Origin: Myxococcales bacterium
Lineage (GTDB): Bacteria; Myxococcota_A; Polyangia; Polyangiales; DASUME01
Assembly (NCBI GenBank): GCA_047601445.1
Contig: JASGJH010000001.1
Location: 6,496,001-6,560,000 of the forward strand
Direction: 5' to 3'
Length of the DNA stretch: 64,000 nt
Made by a program: the position numbers and the translations under genes. Under the pieces are notes generated by a model. It was given only the letters and a program-made list of their open reading frames with translations, made no database searches and was not told the origin of the DNA. Shown here piece after piece: positions 54,003 through 63,352 of the stretch (the first letter of the stretch is position 1; the number at the start of each line of letters is the position of its first letter).

Positions 54003-55262
54003 GTGCGCCACCCCTTCCTCGGCCTCGCGTGGGCCTCGCTGGCCTTGCCCCTCGCGGTCTTCTGCGGGCCCGCGCGGCGTACGTGCGCGCAGGAGCTGGC
54101 GGCGCTCCCGGCTCCCCCCGAACCCGCCTACTACGTGCTGACCTCCGCAGAGCCCGCGCGCCGGGAAGTGCTGGAGTCCGCTGCGAGTGCCTGGCTGGTG
54201 GCGCATGGCGAGCACGCGGAGCCACTCCGCCCGACCGCGCTGACCCAGGTGCCCGCGCTGACCCCCCGCTCCGAGCTGCGCGTGCTCGAACAGGTCGAGT
54301 CGCTCTTGCGGGAGGGCCGCGAGCTATCGGCCCGTTTCGACGAGCGGCTCGCGTTGCGCCGCTATGCGGAGGCGGAGCAACTGCTGCGCTCATCGCTCGA
54401 GATTCCACAGGTGCACGCCTGGCTTGCCGAGGTGAACCTGCAACTTGGGCTATGTGCGGCTCAGCTTGGTGAGCTCGGACTCGCGGAAACGGCCCTCGGG
54501 CGCGCCGCCTCGCTCGATCCGCAGCGCACGGTGCAAGCTGCCGAAGCGCCGCCCTCCCTCGTTCATCTTGCGCACGCCATCGAGCAGCGACGGGCGCGTG
54601 CGCCAGCGAGCCAGGTGCTCATCGAGACCGAGCCCGCGGGGGCGACGCTTTGGCTCGATGGTCGACGGGTGGGCCAAGCGCCGCACGAGATGAGCTTGAG
54701 CAGCGGCATGCATGTGCTGCGCGTGGCCGCCCCCGGTCGCCGAACCTACGCCGCTCTGCTGGAGCTGGGGCCTGGCCGGCGCTCGCCCGTACGTGTGGAG
54801 TTGGATGAGGAGCCGGCGGAGCAGGCGCGCCGAGAGCTCCTGGCCCAGCTAGGGCGACCCTCACAGGTTGCGGTCCATGCGCACGCGTTGTCGGCGTTGA
54901 TCGAGCGGCCACTGTGGATCTTCGAGGCCGGCACGGGGCCGCTCGCGCGCGGTCTGGTGCGGCGCTGCGATCCCGAGTGCACGTTGGTCGCCACGCTGGG
55001 CGAGGGGCCGGCGCTCGCGCTCACTCCTGTGCCCAGCTCCGCCGAGGAGTTGGCCTGGCTCTCAGCCGAGCCGCGTCCGAGCGCGCACGAGGCTCCCGCC
55101 AACGTGGAGCGACCTTGGTGGAAGCGCTGGCCGGCCTGGACGGTCGGTGCGCTCGTCGTGGTAGGGGCAGGTGTCACCGCGGCGGTGCTTGCGGCGCGCG
55201 ACCCCAAAGTGGTCGACGAGCGACAGCTGGTGCTCGACCCCGGCAGTTTGCCGCCGCCGTGA
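54003..55262 (+). CDS. TPR/PEGA-domain protein
   Basis: TEPAGATLWLDG...G.HVLRV PEGA and a C-terminal PWWKRW..W + TM segment. Confidence 0.75.
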   Translation: MRHPFLGLAWASLALPLAVFCGPARRTCAQELAALPAPPEPAYYVLTSAEPARREVLESAASAWLVAHGEHAEPLRPTALTQVPALTPRSELRVLEQVESLLREGRELSARFDERLALRRYAEAEQLLRSSLEIPQVHAWLAEVNLQLGLCAAQLGELGLAETALGRAASLDPQRTVQAAEAPPSLVHLAHAIEQRRARAPASQVLIETEPAGATLWLDGRRVGQAPHEMSLSSGMHVLRVAAPGRRTYAALLELGPGRRSPVRVELDEEPAEQARRELLAQLGRPSQVAVHAHALSALIERPLWIFEAGTGPLARGLVRRCDPECTLVATLGEGPALALTPVPSSAEELAWLSAEPRPSAHEAPANVERPWWKRWPAWTVGALVVVGAGVTAAVLAARDPKVVDERQLVLDPGSLPPP

Positions 55263-55398
55263 CCTGGCGGGTGCAGGTGCATGCAACGTCGCGGGCCCGC
55301 AGCCGACCAGCATGCATGCACTTCGAAGGGGGGAGCGGGGCGCGCCTCCGCGTCAGAATACGTGGCGAGGCACACCTCTTGAGGTAGACTTCCCGGCC

Positions 55399-55989
55399 AT
55401 GGCCGATGACTCACTTGCTCCGCCCCCACCCAGTCAAGGCGGAGGGACTGCGAAGTACCTGATCGCACTCTTGCTCCTGTTGGGAGGAGGCTTGGGAGTG
55501 TATTTCGCGACCCGGCCACCCGAAGCGCCTCCTCCTCCGCCGCCACCTCCGGTGAAGAACGCGGACCGCAGCACGGCCCTCGACAACAACGTCATGGCCA
55601 TCCCGGAAGACGAGCCGGACGCAGCTGCCCCCGTCGCGGAGCAGCAGCCGGTGAAGAAGCCGCGCGTCGCTGCGGGCGACCCCTGGGAGTGTGCCGGTGA
55701 CGTCGCGCCCAAGGACATCACCAAGATTCTCAATGAGTCCCAGAGCGCCATCCGCAGCTGCTACGAGCGCCAGCTCCGCAACGACAACGCGCTTCAGGGC
55801 GACCTCAAGCTTCAGGTCAAGATCGGCACCGATGGCGCCGTCGCCAGCACGCGCGTACGCGGCAGCCTCAACGACAAGACGGTCCGCGAGTGCATTCAGA
55901 GCATCGCCAAGCGCTGGAGCTTCCCGGCGCCCACCGGCGGCCCCTGTGCCGTATTCGATGCTCCCTACAACTTCATGCCCAAGAACTGA
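55399..55989 (+). CDS. AgmX/PglI C-terminal (TonB-C-like) domain protein
   Basis: TM helix, poly-Pro tract, IRSCYERQLR...G...CI....WSFPAP. Confidence 0.85.
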   Translation: MADDSLAPPPPSQGGGTAKYLIALLLLLGGGLGVYFATRPPEAPPPPPPPPVKNADRSTALDNNVMAIPEDEPDAAAPVAEQQPVKKPRVAAGDPWECAGDVAPKDITKILNESQSAIRSCYERQLRNDNALQGDLKLQVKIGTDGAVASTRVRGSLNDKTVRECIQSIAKRWSFPAPTGGPCAVFDAPYNFMPKN

Positions 55990-56024
55990 GGATTTTCACG
56001 GGGAGGTCATGCGACCTTCCTGTT

Positions 56025-57692
56025 TCAGCCCAGTAGGTCGACGTGGTGCGGTGGCCTGAGCACGCGGCCTGCGCCGCTGCGTTCGAGCTCGGCCATCAGC
56101 GCGAGCACCGTGGGTTCGTCCCACGCGTCGCCCACGATCTGCAGCCCCATCGGTAGGCCGTCTGCGTCGAGGCCCACGGGCACCGTTCCCGCCGGCAAAC
56201 CCGTGAGGTTGGCCAGGAAGGTGTAGCGGCACATGGCCTGTACGCCCTGCGCGTCCAGCCGCCCCGTGCGATCGTCGCTCGAGATCAGAGGCAATCCGGT
56301 CTTGGCCGTGGTCGGCAAGGCGAGCGCGTCGACGTCACCGAAGCTGCGCGCCACCTGCACGCGCAGGCGCTCCCGCAGGGTCTGTGCCCAGAGATACTCG
56401 CGCGCGCTGAGTTGATTCACCATCAACATGAACGCCTGAACATCGAGCCCGAACGCCTCTCGATGCCGCTCGAAGGCGTGGGAGTAGCAGGCGTAGCTTT
56501 CGGCCGCGATGGTCAGGGCCCCGATGGGCAAGGCGCTCTGGGCCAGTGGAATCGTGATCTCGACCAGCGTGGCCCCGGCCTGCTCCAGGGCCTTGAGGGC
56601 CTGCTCGCCCGCATTCGCGATGGCGCTGTCGGCGTCGCGCCATTCCTTGGGGTCGACGCCGATGCGCAGCCCGCGTACGGAGCGCCGCAAGGCACGCTCG
56701 AACGCGCCCGGTGCAGGTGTGGGTGCGGCCAGGCTCAGCGGATCGCCCGGATCCGGGGCGGCCACGGCGTCCAAGAAGACCGCTAGATCACGCGTGCTCG
56801 GACCGAGCGGACCGAGGTGGTTCACGCTGCCCGTGAATGCGTCGCCCTTGCGCGAGACGCGACCGAAGCTCGGCTTCAGCCCGAACACTCCGCAGATGGC
56901 AGCGGGGATGCGGATGGAGCCGCCGCCGTCAGCGCCCACCGAGATCGGCGTCAGGCCCACGGCCGCGGCGATCCCCGCGCCGGTGCTGCTGCCACCCGCC
57001 GCGCGCTCCACGTGGTGCGGGTTGCGCAGGGCAGGGCGGTTGGGGTTGACCCCGATGGGCGACATCCCGAGCTCGGTCATCGCGGTTTGGCCCACCACGA
57101 TGGCCCCCGCTTCGCGCAAGCGGGCCACCAGGGTGGCATCGTGCTGCATGGGAGCGGGGCTCGGCAGCTCGTGCCCGAGCCGACGCGGCAGGCCACGCAC
57201 CGCCAGCTGTTCCTTGATCAACACGGGTACGCCGTCGATGGGACTCTTGGGCTTACCTCGGGCATAACGCTGGCTCGAGGCGCGCGCGGCCTCACGAGCG
57301 CCGAGCTCGTCCCGAGTCCACAGACAGCCCAGCAGGGGCTGGCGTTGGGCCAGGCGGTCGGCCTCGGAGAACACGTACTCGAGGACCCGCTCGGGGGTGG
57401 AGCGGCCCTGGAGGAAGGCGTTGGTCAGGGTCTGGCACGTGGGGGCCCAGCTCGGTGCGGTGGGCGGCTCGACCGACTCGTTGCCCTCGCGCGGCGCTCG
57501 CCCCTGGCGAGGTGAAGCCGAGGGCTCGAGTCGCTCGTTGCCCTCGATCAGCTCCGGAAGCCCAGTCATCCCCAGCTCTGCACGCAGGACGTCGGCGCCA
57601 AGCGCCGCGATGCGGGGTTGTCTCAGTGCGCGCGCCGCCAGTGCCAGCGGGTGTCCCGAGAGGCGTCCCGACAACAGATGTTCGATGGCCAT
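56025..57692 (-). CDS. amidase signature family enzyme
   Basis: GVPVLIKE, GGSSTG and GADGGGSIRIPA motifs. Confidence 0.94.
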   Translation of the reverse strand: MAIEHLLSGRLSGHPLALAARALRQPRIAALGADVLRAELGMTGLPELIEGNERLEPSASPRQGRAPREGNESVEPPTAPSWAPTCQTLTNAFLQGRSTPERVLEYVFSEADRLAQRQPLLGCLWTRDELGAREAARASSQRYARGKPKSPIDGVPVLIKEQLAVRGLPRRLGHELPSPAPMQHDATLVARLREAGAIVVGQTAMTELGMSPIGVNPNRPALRNPHHVERAAGGSSTGAGIAAAVGLTPISVGADGGGSIRIPAAICGVFGLKPSFGRVSRKGDAFTGSVNHLGPLGPSTRDLAVFLDAVAAPDPGDPLSLAAPTPAPGAFERALRRSVRGLRIGVDPKEWRDADSAIANAGEQALKALEQAGATLVEITIPLAQSALPIGALTIAAESYACYSHAFERHREAFGLDVQAFMLMVNQLSAREYLWAQTLRERLRVQVARSFGDVDALALPTTAKTGLPLISSDDRTGRLDAQGVQAMCRYTFLANLTGLPAGTVPVGLDADGLPMGLQIVGDAWDEPTVLALMAELERSGAGRVLRPPHHVDLLG

Positions 57693-57864
57693 GTGATTCG
57701 AGCGTAAAGTCCGCCGGAGTTTAGAGCAATGCTCGCGGCGGATCGCGGTTCCATAGGTCGGGTCGGACTGCTCGGGATAGGCTCGATGGGGTGGCCAGTG
57801 GTATAGAGGGCGCCCAGAGCGGTGGCTTCAGCCGCCGGGCATCGACAGGCAGGGGAGTCGTTTC

Positions 57865-58611
57865 ATGAGCGGCCATAATAAGTGGTCCACCATCAAGCAC
57901 CGCAAGGGCGCGCAGGATGCGAAAAAGGGCAAGATCTTCACCAAGGTGATCAAGGAGATCACGGTGGCGGCCCGCATGGGAGGAGGCGATCCCGGAGCCA
58001 ATCCCCGACTGCGTCACGCGCTCGACTTGGCTCGCCTCAACAACATGCCCGCCGAGAACGTCAGCCGCGCCATCAAGAAGGGCACCGGCGAGCTCGAGGG
58101 TGTCACCTACGAAGAGCTGGTGTACGAGGGCGTGGGTCCTGCGGGCACGTTGATCGTGGCCGAGATCATGACCGACAACCGCAATCGCACGGCAGCCGAG
58201 CTGCGCAAGGTCTTCGACAAGAACGGCGGGGCGCTGGGCGCAAGCGGTTCGGCCATGTGGGCGTTCGAAGCCAAGGGCATGGTCACGCTACCGCTCGCGG
58301 CAGCCACCGAGGAGCAGCTCTTCGACGTGGCCGTGGGGGCCGGCGCGGAGGACGTGCAGAGCGACGACGAGCGCTGGGTCATCATGACGCCGGTGGAGGC
58401 CCTCGAAGGCGTCCGCGTGGCACTGGTGGGCGCCAAGCTTCCGGTGACCACGGCGGAGCTCACCAAGGTGGCCAAGACCCCCAAGGTCATCGGCGGCGCA
58501 GACGCCGAGTCCGGTATGGGCCTGGTGGAAGCCCTGGAAGACCACGACGACGTGCAGAAGGTCTACACGGACTTCGAGCTGTCGGACGAGGCGCTCGCGA
58601 ATCTCTCGTGA
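57865..58611 (+). CDS. yebC: YebC/PmpR family protein
   Basis: MSGHNKWSTIKHRK, YEG.GP.G, TDNRNRT and DDVQKVY motifs. Confidence 0.97.
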   Translation: MSGHNKWSTIKHRKGAQDAKKGKIFTKVIKEITVAARMGGGDPGANPRLRHALDLARLNNMPAENVSRAIKKGTGELEGVTYEELVYEGVGPAGTLIVAEIMTDNRNRTAAELRKVFDKNGGALGASGSAMWAFEAKGMVTLPLAAATEEQLFDVAVGAGAEDVQSDDERWVIMTPVEALEGVRVALVGAKLPVTTAELTKVAKTPKVIGGADAESGMGLVEALEDHDDVQKVYTDFELSDEALANLS

Positions 58612-58688
58612 AGGGCTCTCGCCGCGCCTGGCCGAACCTGCCCGGGGCAGCACCCGGGGCCGCCAAAGGCCCAGTCGGCCAGGGGGGC

Positions 58689-59168
58689 GTGCTACGTGTG
58701 CTGGGACTCGATCCCGGCAGCATCCGCACCGGCTGGGGTGTGATCGAGCGCCACGGGCAAACGGCGCGCGGCATCGCCGCGGGTGTCATCCGGGTCCCCG
58801 AGAAGGCGCCTTTGTCGGAGCGCCTGCACCAGATCCACGCGGGCGTGCGAGCGGTGTTGAGCGAGTACAAGCCCAACGCCGTGGCCGTGGAAGACATCTT
58901 CTTCGCGCGTTACCCGCAAGCGGCGCTGATGCTCGGACATGCGCGCGGCGTGGCCATCTTGGCAGTCGCCGAGGCGGGGCTCGGCGTGAGCGCTTATCCG
59001 CCGACCGTGGTGAAGCGGGCAGTGGTCGGCTCGGGCAAGGCCGAGAAATCACAGGTCGCCTTGCTGGTGGGCGCGCTGCTCGGGCTCAAGGAGCTGCCCA
59101 CCGTGGATGCCACCGACGCGCTGGCTGTAGCGATCACGCACCTCAATGTGATGCGGCTGGGCGCGTAG
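58689..59168 (+). CDS. ruvC: Holliday junction resolvase
   Basis: LGLDPG, AVEDIF, LGHARG, G.GKAEK.QV and DATDALAVA motifs. Start could be 58608. Confidence 0.95.
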   Translation: MLRVLGLDPGSIRTGWGVIERHGQTARGIAAGVIRVPEKAPLSERLHQIHAGVRAVLSEYKPNAVAVEDIFFARYPQAALMLGHARGVAILAVAEAGLGVSAYPPTVVKRAVVGSGKAEKSQVALLVGALLGLKELPTVDATDALAVAITHLNVMRLGA

Positions 59169-59172
59169 AGGG

Positions 59173-59361
59173 GCGGCGAGCGGCCATCTGTCAGGGGCCA
59201 ACGGCCATCCGCCGACAGCTAGCGACAAAGCGGCAAACAGCCACCGGCGAGCGGCAAGCAGCCCGCGGCGCGCGGCCGGCCGCTGTCCACTTGCTGTTGG
59301 CTGTCGGATGTCGGCGGGTTGCGGATGGCTGCTGGCTGATTGAGGCTGTCCGCTGGCCGCT
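59173..59361. repeat. inverted arrays of degenerate heptamers
   Basis: Left arm of RCRGCCA-like units; right arm of complementary TGGCTGY-like units. Confidence 0.75.
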
Positions 59362-59362
59362 C

Positions 59363-60196
59363 CTACTCGAACAACGCGTCCACGACGCTCACTGGCACCT
59401 CGTCGCGCCCGCGTCCGCGCCCGATCATCACGCCTGGCGTCGCTTCGCCGTGGAAGTCGCTACCGCCCGTGAGGCGCATGCCCAACTCTCGCGCGGTCTT
59501 GCGGATCCTGCGTCGCGAGTTGGCGTCGTGCGCCGGGTGAACTTCTTCCAGGCCATCGAGTCCCTGGTCGCGCAGCTCGCGCGCGAGTCGGTCGATGCCG
59601 CCCGGTCGCTGGAGGTTGCGCGCCAAGGGATGCGCCCACACGGCTTTGCCGCCCGCCTCGTGGATCCAGCGGATGGCTTCCTCGGGAGACGGCACCTGCT
59701 TGCGCACGTTGGCAGGCGCCGAGTCGCCCAGGAAGCGCCGAAACGCGTCGTCCACGTCGCGCGCGAAGCCCTTCTGTACCATGGCCTTGGCCACATGGGG
59801 ACGCCCGGGGTTGGCGCTGCCGGCGACCTCGTACACGTCCTCCACGCTGATCGCGACGCCCAGGCTGCGTAGCCGTTCGACCAGCGCAGGGATACGGTTC
59901 TGCCGCGCCTCACGCTGCTCCTGCAGGTGCTGCACGAGCCCGGTGTGCTCCGGGTCGAAGCCGTAGCCGAGGATGTGCAGCTCCAGGTTCTCGAGGCGCG
60001 TGGAGAGCTCCACTCCCGGCAACAGACGCAGCCCGTAAGCATCCGCCAGGCGCTTGGCCTCGGCGAGCCCCGCGACGGTGTCGTGGTCGGTGAGCGCGAA
60101 GACCGCCACACCCGCGTCGCGCACGGCCGCGACCAACTCCGCCACCTGCATGCTTCCATCGGAACAAGTGCTGTGCATATGCAGGTCGCAGCGCAT
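59363..60196 (-). CDS. PHP domain phosphoesterase (YciV/TrpH-like)
   Basis: DLHMHSTCSDG, LTDHD, GRPH, AHP and TGGSDFHG motifs. Confidence 0.94.
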   Translation of the reverse strand: MRCDLHMHSTCSDGSMQVAELVAAVRDAGVAVFALTDHDTVAGLAEAKRLADAYGLRLLPGVELSTRLENLELHILGYGFDPEHTGLVQHLQEQREARQNRIPALVERLRSLGVAISVEDVYEVAGSANPGRPHVAKAMVQKGFARDVDDAFRRFLGDSAPANVRKQVPSPEEAIRWIHEAGGKAVWAHPLARNLQRPGGIDRLARELRDQGLDGLEEVHPAHDANSRRRIRKTARELGMRLTGGSDFHGEATPGVMIGRGRGRDEVPVSVVDALFE

Positions 60197-60222
60197 CCCT
60201 CAAGTCTAGTAGTCTGTCCGTC

Positions 60223-60921
60223 ATGCTCACGCTCTTTCAGCTGCCGCGTGGACTGGGTGCGCCCAACTTGAGCCCTTTTTGCAGCAAGCTCGAGACCTAC
60301 CTGCGCATGGCCAAGATCCCCTACCAGATCCAGGTGAGCGACACCCGCAAGGCCCCCAAGGGCAAGGTGCCCTGGATCGAGCACGAGGGACATACGCTCG
60401 GGGACTCGAGTTTGATCATCGAGTATCTGAAGCAGCGCTTCGGTGATCCTCTCGATGGCGCGCTCAGCCCCGCGCAGCGGGCGCTCGGACGTCTCGTGCA
60501 GCGTACCCTCGAAGAGGGGACGTACTGGGTAGGTGTCTACGACCGTTGGGCGGTGGACGAGAACTTCGAGCGCATTCGTGAGCCCCTGTTCGGCGCCATC
60601 CTGGGCCGCCCCTTGATCTGGGTGGTGCCAGACTTGATCCGCAAGCGCATGCTGGGCGTGCTCTACGCGCAAGGGACATCCCGCCACACCCGCGACGAGG
60701 TCTACGCCATGGCCCGGGCCGACTTCGAGGCGCTCTCGCAGCTACTCGGCGATCAACCGTTCCTGTTCGGGGAGCAGCCCACCTCGTACGACGCGGTCCT
60801 CTACGCTTTCACCGCGCCCTCGCGCCATCCGTCCACCAGCACACGCTTCCGCGACCTGCCCCTGAACCTGCGCTCCTTCGCCGAACGCGTACACCAGGCC
60901 TACTTCCCCGAATTACCCTGA
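60223..60921 (+). CDS. glutathione S-transferase-like (metaxin/FAX-like) protein
   Basis: SPFCSKLETYLR, APKGKVPWI and GDSSLII motifs. Confidence 0.9.
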   Translation: MLTLFQLPRGLGAPNLSPFCSKLETYLRMAKIPYQIQVSDTRKAPKGKVPWIEHEGHTLGDSSLIIEYLKQRFGDPLDGALSPAQRALGRLVQRTLEEGTYWVGVYDRWAVDENFERIREPLFGAILGRPLIWVVPDLIRKRMLGVLYAQGTSRHTRDEVYAMARADFEALSQLLGDQPFLFGEQPTSYDAVLYAFTAPSRHPSTSTRFRDLPLNLRSFAERVHQAYFPELP

Positions 60922-60945
60922 GATTTTTCGGGATCTTGTCTCGTT

Positions 60946-61028
60946 CGTGCCCGTGTCCGTGCCCGATCTTCCGATCGGACCGTGAAGGGCCGAGATCGTT
61001 TACGGGCACGGGCACGCGCGCGCGTACG
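60946..61028. repeat. CACGGG/CCCGTG hexamer inverted element between convergent genes
   Basis: CGTGCCCGTGTCCGTGCCCG ... TACGGGCACGGGCACGCGCGCGCGTACG. Confidence 0.75.
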
Positions 61029-61063
61029 ACCCAGAAACGAGGCGCCCGACATCTCCGCGAAAG

Positions 61064-63169
61064 TCACGCGCTGCGGTTCTTACGCACCGCGCCCCGGCTC
61101 AACACTTCGCGCACCTTCTTGCCGATTTGTTCGACCGTGAAGGGCTTCGCCAGCGTGGGCCCCAGCGAGGCGTCGTAGGCCGACAGCATGTCCTTGCTGT
61201 AGCCGCTGATGAACAGCACCTTCAGCGAGGGGATGAGCTCGCGCAGGCGCGCCGCCACCACGGGACCGCTCGCCTTCGGCATCACGATGTCCGAGACCAA
61301 GAGGTCGATCTGCGGCGCTCCCGTGGCGTGGGCGATGGCTTGATCGATGTTCTCGGCCTCGAGCACGCGATAGCCGAGGTCCTTCAAGATCAGCGCGGTC
61401 ACCTCTCGCACCTGGGCCTCGTCCTCCACCAGCAACACGGTCTCGCTGCCCATCAGCTCGCCGCGCTCCGTGGGGCTCGCCACCGGCCCCGCCTCGGGCG
61501 ATGCCTCGGCGAAGCGCAGCAAGAAGCGCGAGCCCTTGCGCGGTGCACTCTTCACCTCGATGCTGCCGCCCATCTGGGCCACCGTGCCCCAGACCGTGAA
61601 GAGCCCGAGCCCCGAGCCCTTGCCCACGTCCTTGGTGGTGAAAAACGGCTCGAAAATGCGGTCCTGGACGTCCTTCGGCATGCCCATGCCGTTGTCGCTG
61701 ACTTCGAGCACCGCGAAGCGCCCGCTGCTGTTCTGCTTGCGTGGTCCACCGTCACGTAGGGTGCGCAGGGTGATGTTGCCGCCCTCCGGCGTGGCCGCGT
61801 CGCGCGCGTTGACCACCAGATTGAGCACGACCTGCTCGATCTGCCCGGGATCGGCGCGGATCAACAGCGGCTCCTTGGAGAGCGAAAGCTCCAGCGCGAT
61901 GTGCTCGCCGATCAAGCGGCGCAAAAAGGTCTCCATGCCGCGCAGCACCACGTTCAAGTCGAGCACCCGCGGCGCGACCGGATCGCGACGGCTGAGGGCG
62001 AGCAGCTTGCGCGTGATGTCCGCGGCGCGTTCGGCGGCCTTGCCGATCTCGGCCACCGGGCCCTGCAACGGGTCGTTCTTGTCCAGCTTGCGCGCTAGCA
62101 GGAACGCATAGCTGGAGACCACGGTGATGACGTTGTTGAAGTCGTGGGCCACACCGCCCGCCAAACGCCCCACGGCCTCGATGCGACGCGCGTCGTCTAG
62201 CTGGGCGTTGCTCGAGCGCAGGGCCTCCTCTGCGCGGCGATGCTCGTGGGACTCCACTGCCAGGGCGACGAAGTCGGCGAAGCTCCCCGCCAGCGCGTGG
62301 TCTTCGTCGGTCCACTGACGTGGCCGACCGAGCTGCTCGTAACACACCACGCCGAGCACCCGGTCACCCACGCGCACCGCGGCGTCAAGCGAAGACACGA
62401 TGCCGAGCGGGCTGAAGTAGTCCTGCAAGAAGCCCGCGAACACCGAGCGGTCGCGCACGTCGTCCACCGCGATCACGCGCTCGTCGTGCAGCACCTTGAA
62501 GTACTCGGGGTAGTCCTGAGCACTGAGCGGAGCGGTGACTGGGGGCTCGCTGAAGCGCGGGTCGAATACGTCGGCCATCACGAGCCGCGAGCCATCGGCC
62601 TCCAGCAGCCAAACGCTGACGCGTGCGACATCGAGGCTCTTCGAGGCAGCCTCCGTGATGGCCCGCAAGCCGGTTTGCAGGTCGCTCGAAGCCAGTTGCT
62701 TGGCCAGCGAGCGCAACGCCTCGTTGTGTCGCCGCAGCCGGTGCTGACGCTGGCGTTCGTTCTCCTCACGCGCGAGGTCGGCCCCTCGGCTGACCTCGCG
62801 GCGGCGCTGCTGCGCCTTGCTGACCGCACGCGTCAGCTCGATTTCGCCCACAGTCGCACACTCATCGATGCCCCAACCGATGGCCTCCACTTCGAGCGCG
62901 TACTCGGGCCGCACCACCAGGACGATAGGCAAGCCCGGCGCGCGGTAGCGCAGGGTGCGGGCGGTTTCGGGGACCCATCCGGCGATGCCCTGCCCATCCA
63001 GGCAAGCCAGGTCGAACTGGCTCAGATCCAGGCTGGTGAGCGCCTCTGGCTGCACCACCGTGAGCTCTCCGCCGGCGAAAGCGTTCCTCAACAGCAGGGC
63101 CAGGCCGTCTCGATTCAGGGGCTCGGGAGCCACCAACAGGACTTCCGAGACGGCACGATTCGAATCCAT
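61064..63169 (-). CDS. hybrid sensor histidine kinase (degenerate REC, GAF, HisKA, HATPase, REC)
   Basis: GAF (CYEQ..PRQWTDED), VAHDFNN, NLVVNARDA, DNGMGM, GKGSGLGL, LLVEDE and SDIVMP motifs. Confidence 0.93.
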   Translation of the reverse strand: MDSNRAVSEVLLVAPEPLNRDGLALLLRNAFAGGELTVVQPEALTSLDLSQFDLACLDGQGIAGWVPETARTLRYRAPGLPIVLVVRPEYALEVEAIGWGIDECATVGEIELTRAVSKAQQRRREVSRGADLAREENERQRQHRLRRHNEALRSLAKQLASSDLQTGLRAITEAASKSLDVARVSVWLLEADGSRLVMADVFDPRFSEPPVTAPLSAQDYPEYFKVLHDERVIAVDDVRDRSVFAGFLQDYFSPLGIVSSLDAAVRVGDRVLGVVCYEQLGRPRQWTDEDHALAGSFADFVALAVESHEHRRAEEALRSSNAQLDDARRIEAVGRLAGGVAHDFNNVITVVSSYAFLLARKLDKNDPLQGPVAEIGKAAERAADITRKLLALSRRDPVAPRVLDLNVVLRGMETFLRRLIGEHIALELSLSKEPLLIRADPGQIEQVVLNLVVNARDAATPEGGNITLRTLRDGGPRKQNSSGRFAVLEVSDNGMGMPKDVQDRIFEPFFTTKDVGKGSGLGLFTVWGTVAQMGGSIEVKSAPRKGSRFLLRFAEASPEAGPVASPTERGELMGSETVLLVEDEAQVREVTALILKDLGYRVLEAENIDQAIAHATGAPQIDLLVSDIVMPKASGPVVAARLRELIPSLKVLFISGYSKDMLSAYDASLGPTLAKPFTVEQIGKKVREVLSRGAVRKNRSA

Positions 63170-63352
63170 TGCGTGAACGTAATCAGACGGCGGCGAACTC
63201 TTCAAGCGGAGCTCCAACAAAGTGGTGGGATACTCTCTTTTCTCGCATCTTGATTGATGTCCTCCCAGCCGCAAAGCGACGGCGGATTCGAGCTTCGGAG
63301 GACCCCCCAACGCGGGGAACGCTCGACCAGTCCAGAGAGAGGAGCCGAGACC

